Of a stretch of DNA of 58,480 nucleotides, positions 47,127-56,018 are shown one piece after another; position 1 is the first letter of the stretch, and every line of letters begins with the position of its first letter. The stretch lies in contig JBFGLJ010000001.1 in NCBI GenBank assembly GCA_041576235.1, forward strand, positions 1 through 58,480, given 5' to 3'. This DNA is from Gemmatimonadales bacterium (GTDB lineage Bacteria > Gemmatimonadota > Gemmatimonadetes > Gemmatimonadales > GWC2-71-9). The notes under the pieces were generated by a model that did not search any database, was not told where the DNA came from, and worked only from the letters and a program-made list of their open reading frames with translations. The translations under genes and the position numbers were made by a program.

Positions 47127-47676
47127 GCGTGATCGGCTCATCGAGCTCTTGCTCGAGCGGTCGGTCCGCCACGGCGAGTTCCTCCTCTCGAGCGGCCACC
47201 GTTCCAACTACTACATCGATGCCCGTCTCACCACCATGTCCGCTGAGGGACTCCACTTGGTGGGAGGCCTCGGCCTCGCGGCGATTCGAGGCATGGGATG
47301 GCACCCGAGCGCCGTGGGCGGCCTCACGCTCGGAGCCGACCCGGTCGCCTACGCCATCGCCATGGCCAGCACCTCCACCCCGCCCTTGATCAGCGCCTTC
47401 ACCGTGCGGAAGGAACCGAAGGGGCACGGCACCGGTAGTCAGGTCGAAGGGAATCTCCGCCCGGGCGATCCGGTGGTGGTGGTGGAAGACGTCATCACCT
47501 CGGGCCGGAGCGCCAGCCGGGCCATCCGGGTGGTTCGGGAGGCAGGAGCTCGGGTGTTGGGGGTGTTGGGCGTGGTCGACCGACAGGAAGGGGGCAAAGA
47601 GCGCCTGGAATCAGAAGGCCATACCATAGTAGTAGTACTTACAACTACCGAATTGGGCCTAGCCCCTCCTCGCTAG
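47119..47676 (+). CDS. pyrE: orotate phosphoribosyltransferase
   Basis: 185 aa. FLLSSGHRSNYYID and PRPP loop VVVVEDVITSGRSA. GTG start overlapping the kinase stop by 8 nt. Confidence 0.9.
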   Translation: MRERDRLIELLLERSVRHGEFLLSSGHRSNYYIDARLTTMSAEGLHLVGGLGLAAIRGMGWHPSAVGGLTLGADPVAYAIAMASTSTPPLISAFTVRKEPKGHGTGSQVEGNLRPGDPVVVVEDVITSGRSASRAIRVVREAGARVLGVLGVVDRQEGGKERLESEGHTIVVVLTTTELGLAPPR

Positions 47677-47683
47677 ATTCCGC

Positions 47684-48517
47684 ATGATCGGCTTCGTGCA
47701 CATCGAGAAGACGGCCGGGAGCACCGTCAAGTTCATCCTGCGCAATAGTCTCGGCATTCACCACTGCGACGTTCGGCCCCTGGGCCGCGCCGGGCCCTTC
47801 TCCGAAGCGGATCTTCGCTTCGCCAAGCGACTCTTCCCCGGCCTCCGGAGCATCGCCGGGCACCGCCTGATTCGGCCCAGCGCCCACGTGTCGAGCCGGG
47901 TCGCCTACTTCACCTTCGTGCGCGAACCCCTCGAGCGCTTTGCCTCCCTGTACCAGTTTCGCAGACAGGATCCCGGTCGGCGCGGATGGCGCCACGCACC
48001 GCGCCCCACCCTCGAGGAATTCCTGTCCGACCAAGGGCTCTGGAACGGACAGGTCCGGCAGCTCGCCGGGAGCGAGGACCTCCAGCAGGCGGTCGCCGAA
48101 CTCGAGCGCTATTTCTTCGTCGGGCTCACCGAGCAGTTCGATGAGTCCTTGTCGGTGCTTCGCGCCCTGTGTCCCTATCGTCTGGACCTCCGCTACCGCC
48201 GGGAAAACGTGGCGCCGGACAACAGCATCAAGCGCCGACTGCTGGCGGATCGCTCGACCCGCGAGGCCATCCTCCAGGCGAATCGCCTCGATATCGCGTT
48301 GTACCATCACGTGCGATCGACCCTCTTTCCGGCCCTCCGGGCCAGCGTGGACCGAGATGCGACCCGACCACCGGCCCACGAGGACCCCGGGTTCTTCCCG
48401 TGGCGGTACCACCTCAACCGTCTCTACAACAACACGGTGTATCGGCCGCTCTGGAAGCTCCGCCGCGGACGGCCCCACCACTCGCCTTCCCACGCCCGCC
48501 CCACCCCCCGCCGGTAA
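47684..48517 (+). CDS. sulfotransferase family protein (family-2-like)
   Basis: 277 aa. N-terminus FVHIEKTAGSTVKFIL resembles the 5'-PSB loop (HIPKTGGTS) of sulfotransferase family 2. Assignment by eye only. Confidence 0.65.
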   Translation: MIGFVHIEKTAGSTVKFILRNSLGIHHCDVRPLGRAGPFSEADLRFAKRLFPGLRSIAGHRLIRPSAHVSSRVAYFTFVREPLERFASLYQFRRQDPGRRGWRHAPRPTLEEFLSDQGLWNGQVRQLAGSEDLQQAVAELERYFFVGLTEQFDESLSVLRALCPYRLDLRYRRENVAPDNSIKRRLLADRSTREAILQANRLDIALYHHVRSTLFPALRASVDRDATRPPAHEDPGFFPWRYHLNRLYNNTVYRPLWKLRRGRPHHSPSHARPTPRR

Positions 48518-48622
48518 GTCGGTGTTCGCCTCGGCACCGGGTGTCGTCTCGTGGCGGCCATGCCCCCAACGCTCATCGCCCTCCGCGCCCTCCGCCAGCC
48601 GCTCGCTGGTGCCTTGCTCGCT

Positions 48623-49555
48623 TCATCCGGGGACCAGTTTGCCCGGCGCTAAGGGGTGAAACCGCTGCCAGGTGTGGGTGTAGGGGTGGATCATGTGATT
48701 CAGGAATCGGGCATGGGCCTTCTTGTAGGGAAAGCGCCGCCGAAATTCACCGGCGGTGATGCCGAGGGTTGCCCGGACGTGGCGCCCAAAGCTCTGGGGC
48801 GACGAGTAGTCCAACCGGTAGACCACGTCGGCCACCGAGAGGCCGGGCGACTCGAACAGATGCGCAGCGTAGAGCAGCCGCGTGGCGGCCAGATAGCTCT
48901 TTGGTGAGGGAAGTCCAGCACGGGCGAACCTGGACATCAGGGTGCTGGGACGGACGTGAACATGGCCGCACAGCCTCCGGACCGTACCCGTCTCAGGGGC
49001 GAGGCGAATGAGGATTTCGAAGAAGAGCCTGGCATCCGGGGGCGCCTCGCGCAAAGCCGTGAGCACCGGGCCCTGGATCCGCGCAGCGGCCCGGCTCGCC
49101 GGACGTCCCACCACCTCGCGCAGTTGGCGCCAGCCGTGCGGGGAGGTAACATCGACGACATGGCGTATTCCGCTCGCTCCAAGGGTCAGCACGGCTTCGG
49201 TCGCCCCCGCGCTGTGGGCCGTGACCAGTGCCACGGTCGGGATGCCCGGAAAATCGCGCACCAGGTGACGCAGGGCGCTGACCTGTCTCGGCGCGCAGCG
49301 GTGCACCGACACGAGGATCCCGTCCACCGGCCGTTCCTTGACGACACGGATGGCGTCCGGGACCGTGTCGCGGTGGAGGACGGTAAAGCACCCGCTGCCG
49401 GCGGCTTCAACCCGCGACCGCTCCTTGGGATCGAGCACGGTGGCGATGAGGGGTGGAGCGTCGGGCTTCGGGTCGAGGGCAAGCATGCGCTGGTCCGTGG
49501 CGTGGGGGCGGACATAGGGAGCCCAAGAAGGGCGCAACTGGCATACCGTAGCCAT
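48623..49555 (-). CDS. AraC-family transcriptional regulator with a receiver-like N-terminal domain
   Basis: 310 aa. C-terminal AraC HTH pair (...YLAATRLLYAAHLFESPGLSVADVVYRLDYSSPQSFGRHVRATLGITAGEFRRR). The N-domain has an alternating beta/alpha receiver-like pattern. Confidence 0.8.
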   Translation of the reverse strand: MATVCQLRPSWAPYVRPHATDQRMLALDPKPDAPPLIATVLDPKERSRVEAAGSGCFTVLHRDTVPDAIRVVKERPVDGILVSVHRCAPRQVSALRHLVRDFPGIPTVALVTAHSAGATEAVLTLGASGIRHVVDVTSPHGWRQLREVVGRPASRAAARIQGPVLTALREAPPDARLFFEILIRLAPETGTVRRLCGHVHVRPSTLMSRFARAGLPSPKSYLAATRLLYAAHLFESPGLSVADVVYRLDYSSPQSFGRHVRATLGITAGEFRRRFPYKKAHARFLNHMIHPYTHTWQRFHPLAPGKLVPG

Positions 49556-49779
49556 TCCCGCTCAAGCCGACCTCAACCCAGTGCCCGTCACGATTCCCGG
49601 CTCGAGGGTGCCAAACGCAACGAACACGCCGCCTGCGGCATCTAACGGGAGCCGGGGCCGCGCATGGCGGGGGGAGGGAGGAGGAGGAGAAGGGGGGAAG
49701 GGCTCTCTGTTTCGTCCCGAAACTGGGCTGGTTCGGGCGACGTCTTATCTAAGAAGAGGCTTCATCCCGGAGTTACAGC

Positions 49780-52700
49780 GTGACCACACCACCGTCCGAT
49801 CTCCGTCGTCGGGTGCAGGCGGCCCTCGGCTCCCAGTACGTCCTCGAGGACGAGCTGGGCCGCGGAGGGATGGGGGTCGTCTTCCTGGCCCGCGACCCGA
49901 CGCTCGACCGCCGCGTGGCCATCAAGGTCGTGCAGCCGACGCTGGCCCAGCACCCCACGCTCACCCAGCGATTCCTCGCCGAGGCGCGGCTCATTGCTCG
50001 GCACAAACACCCCACCATCGTCACGGTCCATTCGGCCGGAGCGATCGATGGGTTGCTGTTCTACGTCATGGATTACGTCCCCGGGGAGAGTCTCCGTGAT
50101 CGGCTGACCCGAGAAAAGCGGCTGTCGGCCGACAACGCCGAGCGGATCTTGGGGGACCTTGCGGCGGCCCTCAACGCGGCCGCGGCAGCCGGGGTCGTCC
50201 ACCGCGACCTCAAGCCTGAGAACGTGTTGCTCGACGGCGACAGCGGTCGGGCGTTGTTGGTGGACTTTGGCATCGCTCGGCTGGTGGCGGGTGCGAGGGA
50301 CAGCGAGGCCGAGATCACCGGCGAGGGTGTCGTGCTGGGAACGCCCACCTACATGAGCCCCGAGCAGGCCGCCGGCGAGGAGATCGACAGCCGCAGCGAT
50401 CTCTACGGGCTGGGGGTTCTGGCCTATGAGATGCTGACCGGCAGCCCGCCATTTACCGGTCCGCATCGGCAGGTAGTCTCGCGCCATCTCTCGGCCACTC
50501 CGGCGCCGATCGGCAGGCTGCGCCCGGACTGCCCACCACGCCTTGCCGCCGTAGTCATGAAGCTGCTGGAGAAGCAGCCCGATGCGCGGTGGCAGACGGG
50601 CGAGGAGGTCCGTCAGGCCTTGCGGGGAACCGGAGAGATCCGGACCCACCGGCAGCGGCGCCGGCGCCGGGTCCTCGCCGGTGCAACGCTCGCCCTCCTG
50701 GCCGCCGCCACCACGGTGGCCGTCGCGCGCCGGGGCGATCCGGGGCCGCCTCCCGGGGTCAATCCGCGCCACTCCATTCTCGTCCTTCCGTTCACCAACC
50801 TCCGAGGCGACCCCAGCCTCGAGTGGCTCGAGACCGGCAGTGTCAACATGCTGGCGCTGACCCTGTCGCAATGGGACGATCTGTCCGTCATCGATCAGGA
50901 ACGGGTCCACGACCTCTTGACCGCCGAGGGAATCGCTGCCGGTGACGACGTGGGCTTGAGCCAGGCGCGGGAGCTTGCCAAGGAAGCCGGGGTGTGGACG
51001 GTTGTCATGGGCGATTACGAACACGTGCTCGACTCGCTCCGGCTCACGGCAAGGGTGTTTGATGTGGCGAGCGGTGTGCGCGTGGACGTGGCCCAATCGA
51101 GCGCGCCCATCGCTGCTGACGTGCGCGCTACGTTCGACCAGCTCGCGACCCGCCTGCTCGACCTGAGCGGCGCCCCGACCGACGTGCGAACTGATCTCGC
51201 GAAGGCGACAACGACCTCGCTCGAGGCCTATCGGGCGTACTTGCAGGGTGTCGCCCACTTGAACACCTGGAACCTCAACGCAGCCATGACCGATCTCGAG
51301 CGTGCTGTCGCCCTGGACAGCACCTTCGGCCTCGCGTACTACAAGCTGGCCCTGGCGCGGGGATGGAGCCTAGGGACCGACGACAGCGTCTCCAATCGAG
51401 CCATGGTGCAAGCCACGGCGTACTCGGCGAACCTCCCGGCGCATGAGCGAAAAGTCATTCAAGCCTACCGAGCGTTCATCGAGAGCGACCACGAGAGCGC
51501 CCGGCGATTATACGAGGAACTGCTGGACGAGAACCCCGGCGACGCGGATGCGTGGTACGGCCTGGGCGATTCGTGGTACCACCAGCCCGGGGAGTTGGCC
51601 GGTGGATGGACGCGCTCGCTGCGCGCCTTCTCCCGCACGATCGCATTGGACCCCGGCTACGCCTTGGCCTTCGACCACATCATGGGGATCCTCGCCAATG
51701 CAGCGCGGCCGAACAGTTGGGTGGCCCTCATGCCGGGCGATTCCCTCGTCCCAGCCCGCACCGAGACCGGGCGACAGCTTCTCACACCGGTTCAGCTCGA
51801 CCAGGCACGGGCGAGGGCTCGCACCGACGCGGTCGAGAGAGCGCGCACCTGGGTCGCGAGCCAGCCGGGCGTCGACCGGGCGCACAACGCCCTCATCGAC
51901 TCCTACATTCTGAGCGGTCAGCACCGGTCCGCCCTCGGTGAAATCGCGCAGGCTCGGGCGTCAGGCCGTCCCCGACCCGATATCCCCTTCCGAGAGGCCA
52001 GGGTTCACATCGCCAGCGGGGACGTGGCGCAGGCTGCCCGGGTGCTCCGGGCCGCCCTCGACTCCATTTCGGCCGACGACTTCGGGGCCCTGGACCGCCA
52101 CTACGACCTCGTCAACTTGGTGGCGGCGGGATCCAACGTGTTCGCGTACCAGGGTGACCTCGGGACCGCGGCCTCCGTCATTCAATTCGCCGACAACGTC
52201 CGGGTGGCGCTGGACTACGGGTACCGCGGGGCGCACAGGGAGTTCTTCGAGGAATGGTGGGTCCGCAATGCCCTGGGCAACCTCTATGCGGCGTCTGAGG
52301 CCCCGGCCGCCATGCAGCGCCGGGTGTGGGATGGGGTCGCCGAGGCCGCCCGCCTGGCCCCGCCGGCCATCCGCCACGACGTGGCCATGTCTGGCGCAGC
52401 CTCCGCGCTCGGGGTCTTCCTCAGCACCTTCAGCGATACCACCGCGCTTCAGGAGTTCCAAGCGCTCACGAACCACACGGTGGCCCGGGAAGTCCGGGCG
52501 CTGTGGGCGCTGAGCCGGAAGGACACGGCCCAGGCCCGCGAGGTGCTGACCGAGCCGGGGCCGGGAAACGAAGTCCAGGCCACAGCCAAGGAAGAGAAGG
52601 CCTACCTCTCCGAGCATTATCGGGTGCCGCTTGCCGCCTGGGCGCACTATTTCCTCAAGGACTATCAGAAGACCCTCGACCTCCTCGGGGACTTCGAGGT

Positions 52701-52917
52701 CGATCAATTCAACCACGATCGGTTCGACCCGCGCTGGGGGATGATCGGACGGGTGCGGGTGCTCCGCGGACTGGCCTTGCAGGAGCTCGGCCGCAGTGCC
52801 GAGGCGGAAGAACAGTACCGGCTCGCCTTGGCCCAATGGACGGCCCCGCACGGCTCCCTCAGGCCCTTGATCGACGAAGTCGAAGGACGGCTGGCCCTCC
52901 TCGGCGGCACGGGCTGA
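49780..52917 (+). CDS. Ser/Thr protein kinase with TM segment and a large TPR-like extracytoplasmic/C-terminal region
   Basis: 1045 aa. LGRGGMGVVF, AIKVV, HRDLKPENVL, DFGIA, SPE. TM helix around VLAGATLALLAAATTVAV. The C-terminus is a helical-repeat region. Confidence 0.9.
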   Translation: MTTPPSDLRRRVQAALGSQYVLEDELGRGGMGVVFLARDPTLDRRVAIKVVQPTLAQHPTLTQRFLAEARLIARHKHPTIVTVHSAGAIDGLLFYVMDYVPGESLRDRLTREKRLSADNAERILGDLAAALNAAAAAGVVHRDLKPENVLLDGDSGRALLVDFGIARLVAGARDSEAEITGEGVVLGTPTYMSPEQAAGEEIDSRSDLYGLGVLAYEMLTGSPPFTGPHRQVVSRHLSATPAPIGRLRPDCPPRLAAVVMKLLEKQPDARWQTGEEVRQALRGTGEIRTHRQRRRRRVLAGATLALLAAATTVAVARRGDPGPPPGVNPRHSILVLPFTNLRGDPSLEWLETGSVNMLALTLSQWDDLSVIDQERVHDLLTAEGIAAGDDVGLSQARELAKEAGVWTVVMGDYEHVLDSLRLTARVFDVASGVRVDVAQSSAPIAADVRATFDQLATRLLDLSGAPTDVRTDLAKATTTSLEAYRAYLQGVAHLNTWNLNAAMTDLERAVALDSTFGLAYYKLALARGWSLGTDDSVSNRAMVQATAYSANLPAHERKVIQAYRAFIESDHESARRLYEELLDENPGDADAWYGLGDSWYHQPGELAGGWTRSLRAFSRTIALDPGYALAFDHIMGILANAARPNSWVALMPGDSLVPARTETGRQLLTPVQLDQARARARTDAVERARTWVASQPGVDRAHNALIDSYILSGQHRSALGEIAQARASGRPRPDIPFREARVHIASGDVAQAARVLRAALDSISADDFGALDRHYDLVNLVAAGSNVFAYQGDLGTAASVIQFADNVRVALDYGYRGAHREFFEEWWVRNALGNLYAASEAPAAMQRRVWDGVAEAARLAPPAIRHDVAMSGAASALGVFLSTFSDTTALQEFQALTNHTVAREVRALWALSRKDTAQAREVLTEPGPGNEVQATAKEEKAYLSEHYRVPLAAWAHYFLKDYQKTLDLLGDFEVDQFNHDRFDPRWGMIGRVRVLRGLALQELGRSAEAEEQYRLALAQWTAPHGSLRPLIDEVEGRLALLGGTG

Positions 52918-52969
52918 TGTATGGAGAAGTGGCCCGCCACCGGCTACATTTGAATGGCGGTCGAGAGAT

Positions 52970-53347
52970 GGGCCGTGTGCGATGATCGCGGCGCGGGTGC
53001 TCTTCGGAGGACGGCGCGTCGAGGAAAGTCCGAGCTCCACAGGGTAGACTGCCAGGTAACGCCTGGGCGCCGGAAGGCGACGGACAGGGCCACAGAAAAG
53101 ACACCGCCCCCTAGGGGGTAAGGGTGAAAAGGTGGGGTAAGAGCCCACCGCGCCGCTGGAAACAGCGGTGGCACGGTAACCCCCAGTCGGAGCAAGGCCA
53201 AGTAAGCGGCGAGGTACGACCCGTACCGTCCCTATCGACTCGATACAGCCGCGGGTAGGCCGCTTGAGGTGGCCGGCGACGGTCACCCCAGACAGATGAT
53301 CATCCGTCCGCTCACGGACGAACAGAACTCGGCTTACCGCACGACCC
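52970..53347 (+). ncRNA. rnpB: RNase P RNA, bacterial type A
   Basis: Universal blocks GAGGAAAGTCCGAGCTCCACAGGG, CCAGGTAACGCCTGGG, GGTAAGGGTGAAAAGGTGGGGTAAGAGCCCACCGCG, GGCACGGTAACCC, GGAGCAAGGCCAAG, GGGTAGGCCGCTTGAG, ACAGAACTCGGCTTA. P1 pairing between GGGCCGTGTGCG (5') and CGCACGACCC (3'). Confidence 0.93.
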
Positions 53348-53466
53348 TTCTCTCCACGCCCTCGGGGCCCTGTCCCGAGGGCGTGTTCACAGCCACGCCG
53401 CTTGCCTGCGGAGGCACTGGTCTCCTAGTATTCCGCCACCATGGACCCGAGGGCCACCGCCGGATA

Positions 53467-53694
53467 ATGCCCGATTCGCATCAGACTCACGCCCGGAAAC
53501 AGCTGTACCCCAAGGATTGGGAGAACCAAGCCGAGATCCGGGTGCTTCGGGCCAAACCAGGGGAATGGGAAAAGCTCGCAGGCTGGCGCTCCGACATGTC
53601 CCGGCGGGGCTGGCAGCTCTTGCGGGTGCACAGCGACACCCAGGAACTCGTCGCCGTGTTCGGGAAGACCCGTCGCCCCTCTTCGAACTCTTGA
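53467..53694 (+). CDS. small hypothetical protein (75 aa)
   Basis: The upstream part of track ORF 53269-53694 overlaps rnpB, so the start was set at the first ATG after it. Third codon positions are G/C-rich. The stop abuts the ATG of the next gene. No clear SD. Confidence 0.45.
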   Translation: MPDSHQTHARKQLYPKDWENQAEIRVLRAKPGEWEKLAGWRSDMSRRGWQLLRVHSDTQELVAVFGKTRRPSSNS

Positions 53695-54630
53695 ATGCTC
53701 GAGGTGACCATGCAGAGCCCCTCGCCACGACCCCGCCGCGCCTCTCGCAACGCCTTTGCCGGTGCGGCTCTTGTGGCGATCCTCGGATGCGCGGCCGGCA
53801 CCTCTCCTCGAGTCAGCGATCGCCCCGGCCCCGGCCCCGCCCCCGGTGCCCCGGGGGCCGAAGCGGCGCTTGAGCCCTCCCCGGACGGTGACCCCATCCG
53901 ATACCATCCTGGCTCCCAAGGAGCCTACCGATATTACCGGCTCGACAGCCTCGACTATCAGCTGCCGGGGGGTGCGTCCCAACTCCAAACCTATGGCCGC
54001 ACCGCCTATCTGAACGTCGCCATCGTGCCATTCGATAGCGCATACCGGGTCCACTTCCACCTGGATTCGGTGACCCAAGACCCGACCACGATGCGCCAGC
54101 CGGCGCTCGATAGCGTTGGGCCGATGAGTTGGGTCGCCGACATGGGACCGAACGGGGGGCTTCGGAACTTCCAGGTCACCCCGGCGACGCCGTTCGGCGA
54201 GAACTTGAGCAGCGAACTGGCCCGTCGGTTCTTTCCGGCCCAACCGGCGGGTGGTGCCTACCCTGGGCGGACGTGGACAGATTCAAGCGAGGTGCGGATA
54301 GGCGGTCTCTCAGTCACCCAGACCGAACGCGCGATCATTCGCTCGGAGGCTCTGCTCGCCAGCGATTCCACCGAGGCCTATCATCTCCGCATCGAGAGTA
54401 CCGCCGACCTCGAGCGGCAGGGCTCGAGCACCCAGACCGGACAGATTATCGAAGCCTTTGGGAACGGGGTGGATTCGACGACCTATTTCCTGGCGGAGGC
54501 CGGGTCGTTCTTGGGGGCGCAGGGAACCGAGACCTTCGACTTGCTCTTCACCGTTCCCGCCGTCGGGCAATCCGTTCCGGTGCACCAGGTTGGACGGTAC
54601 AGCATCGCTCGGATCCCCGGCGACCAGTAG
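53695..54630 (+). CDS. hypothetical lipoprotein
   Basis: 311 aa. Signal/lipobox AGAALVAILGCAAG, a Pro/Gly linker, then a beta-rich domain. No family recognised. Confidence 0.6.
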   Translation: MLEVTMQSPSPRPRRASRNAFAGAALVAILGCAAGTSPRVSDRPGPGPAPGAPGAEAALEPSPDGDPIRYHPGSQGAYRYYRLDSLDYQLPGGASQLQTYGRTAYLNVAIVPFDSAYRVHFHLDSVTQDPTTMRQPALDSVGPMSWVADMGPNGGLRNFQVTPATPFGENLSSELARRFFPAQPAGGAYPGRTWTDSSEVRIGGLSVTQTERAIIRSEALLASDSTEAYHLRIESTADLERQGSSTQTGQIIEAFGNGVDSTTYFLAEAGSFLGAQGTETFDLLFTVPAVGQSVPVHQVGRYSIARIPGDQ

Positions 54631-54683
54631 CCGCTCTCCGTGCGCGGGGGTGGGGCAGAGGCTTGGCTGCGGGAATCGGACGG

Positions 54684-55796
54684 CTAATCTACGAGCCGTA
54701 GTGGCATCACCAGCGCCAGAAAGCTCGCCGGGTCATCCCAACCCACGGGCTCACAGGTTGCGGCTCGCTCAGGGGCTTTGTAGGTCATTCGCACTTCGTC
54801 CGTCGGCACGTACTTGAGGACCTCCAGCAGATACGCGGCGTTGAACCCGATCTCCAGCGGGCTCCCCTCGTAGGTGATCGTGATCTCTTCCTGGGCTTCG
54901 CCGAGGTCCGGGGTTTGCACCGACAACTTGCAACTCCCATTGGCGAAGGCGAGCCGGACCCGATGAGTCTGGTCGCTCGCGACAATGCTCATCCGCTTCA
55001 AGGCCGAGGCGAGGACCGATTTGTCCGCGGTCGCGACCTTATCGTTCTCTCGCGGAATCACTTGCTCGTAGTTGGGATAGGGCCCCTCGATCAGCCGGGT
55101 GAAGACCTGGGTGCTGGTCGACCGGAAGCCGAGGTGGTTCTCGCTCCGGGCGATCTCGATTTCGCTATCGGCTTTGAAGAGACGGCGGATTTGTTCCAGG
55201 GCCTTGGGCGGCACGATGAGGTCCACCTCGTCGGTGCTCTCGCCGGCAACCGGAATGTCCATGCGGGCGAGGCGGTGCCCGTTGGTCGCGACCATGCGCA
55301 TCCGCTCGGGACGAAGCTCCCACAGGACGCCATTGAGAATGGGCCGGCTCTCCTCGGTGCTGGCGGCAAAGGCCACGTGCCCAATCAACTTGTGGAGGTC
55401 TTTGGCCAAGATTTTCCAAGCCGACTCAAACTCCACCGCCGGGAACGCCGGGAATTCCTCCCGCGGCAGACCGAGGAGCTTGAATCTGGAGCGGCCACAC
55501 TCAATCGTGACCCTCTGCTCGCCGGAGGAAGCCAGCCGAATGGAGGCGCTGGGAAGTTCCCGCACGATTTCCACGAGCTTTCGTGCCGGGAGGGTGATGG
55601 CGCCATCTTCGTCGACCGAGGCAGCAACCGTGGTGCTGACCGCGATATCGAGGTCGGTTCCCGACAGCCGCAAGCCGTCGCTCCCCGCTTCGAGCAGCAC
55701 ATTCGACAGGACCGGCAATGTTGTCTTGGCGGGAACGCTCGCAGCTACGGCGACAAGTCCTTCCTGCAGTTGCTCCCGTGTGATGGTGAGCTTCAT
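54684..55796 (-). CDS. dnaN: DNA polymerase III beta sliding clamp
   Basis: 370 aa. MKLTITREQL...VLSNVLLEA..., three-domain clamp pattern, C-terminal ...ALVMPLRL. GAGGAG SD. Confidence 0.97.
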   Translation of the reverse strand: MKLTITREQLQEGLVAVAASVPAKTTLPVLSNVLLEAGSDGLRLSGTDLDIAVSTTVAASVDEDGAITLPARKLVEIVRELPSASIRLASSGEQRVTIECGRSRFKLLGLPREEFPAFPAVEFESAWKILAKDLHKLIGHVAFAASTEESRPILNGVLWELRPERMRMVATNGHRLARMDIPVAGESTDEVDLIVPPKALEQIRRLFKADSEIEIARSENHLGFRSTSTQVFTRLIEGPYPNYEQVIPRENDKVATADKSVLASALKRMSIVASDQTHRVRLAFANGSCKLSVQTPDLGEAQEEITITYEGSPLEIGFNAAYLLEVLKYVPTDEVRMTYKAPERAATCEPVGWDDPASFLALVMPLRLVD

Positions 55797-55824
55797 GCTG
55801 CTCCTCGGACCAGGCTAAGGAAGA

Positions 55825-55863
55825 CTACTACATTCTATAGAGAGATATCTCGTAGTAGTAGTA
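55825..55863. promoter_or_regulatory. AT-rich palindromic element in the dnaA-dnaN spacer (dnaN promoter and/or unwinding element candidate)
   Basis: CTACTAC (55825-31) ... GTAGTAG (55852-58) inverted repeat, the latter part of (GTA)x4. It encloses two perfect 8-bp palindromes, TCTATAGA (55834-41) and AGATATCT (55843-50). Confidence 0.4.
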
Positions 55864-56018
55864 GAGGGTCTGGAAATGTGGATGGTCCCTCCAACTACAC
55901 GCGCCGATCTCCGTTACCTACGCTCAGCCATGTCGACTCGGTGTGGGTTCCCTGGAGAACCTGGTAGCGGCCTCCACCAAATGCACAATCCAACATCCAC
56001 CAACATTCGCGCGGGCGA

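Noticed and set aside
46143-47207. 354-aa ORF on the minus strand
   Set aside because: It is antisense to the Ser/Thr kinase, which carries HRDLKPAN, DFG and APE motifs.
49762-53286. Two long minus-strand ORFs (49762-51258 and 51961-53286)
   Set aside because: Both are antisense to the large kinase gene. The second also runs across the RNase P RNA gene. Neither has recognisable domains.
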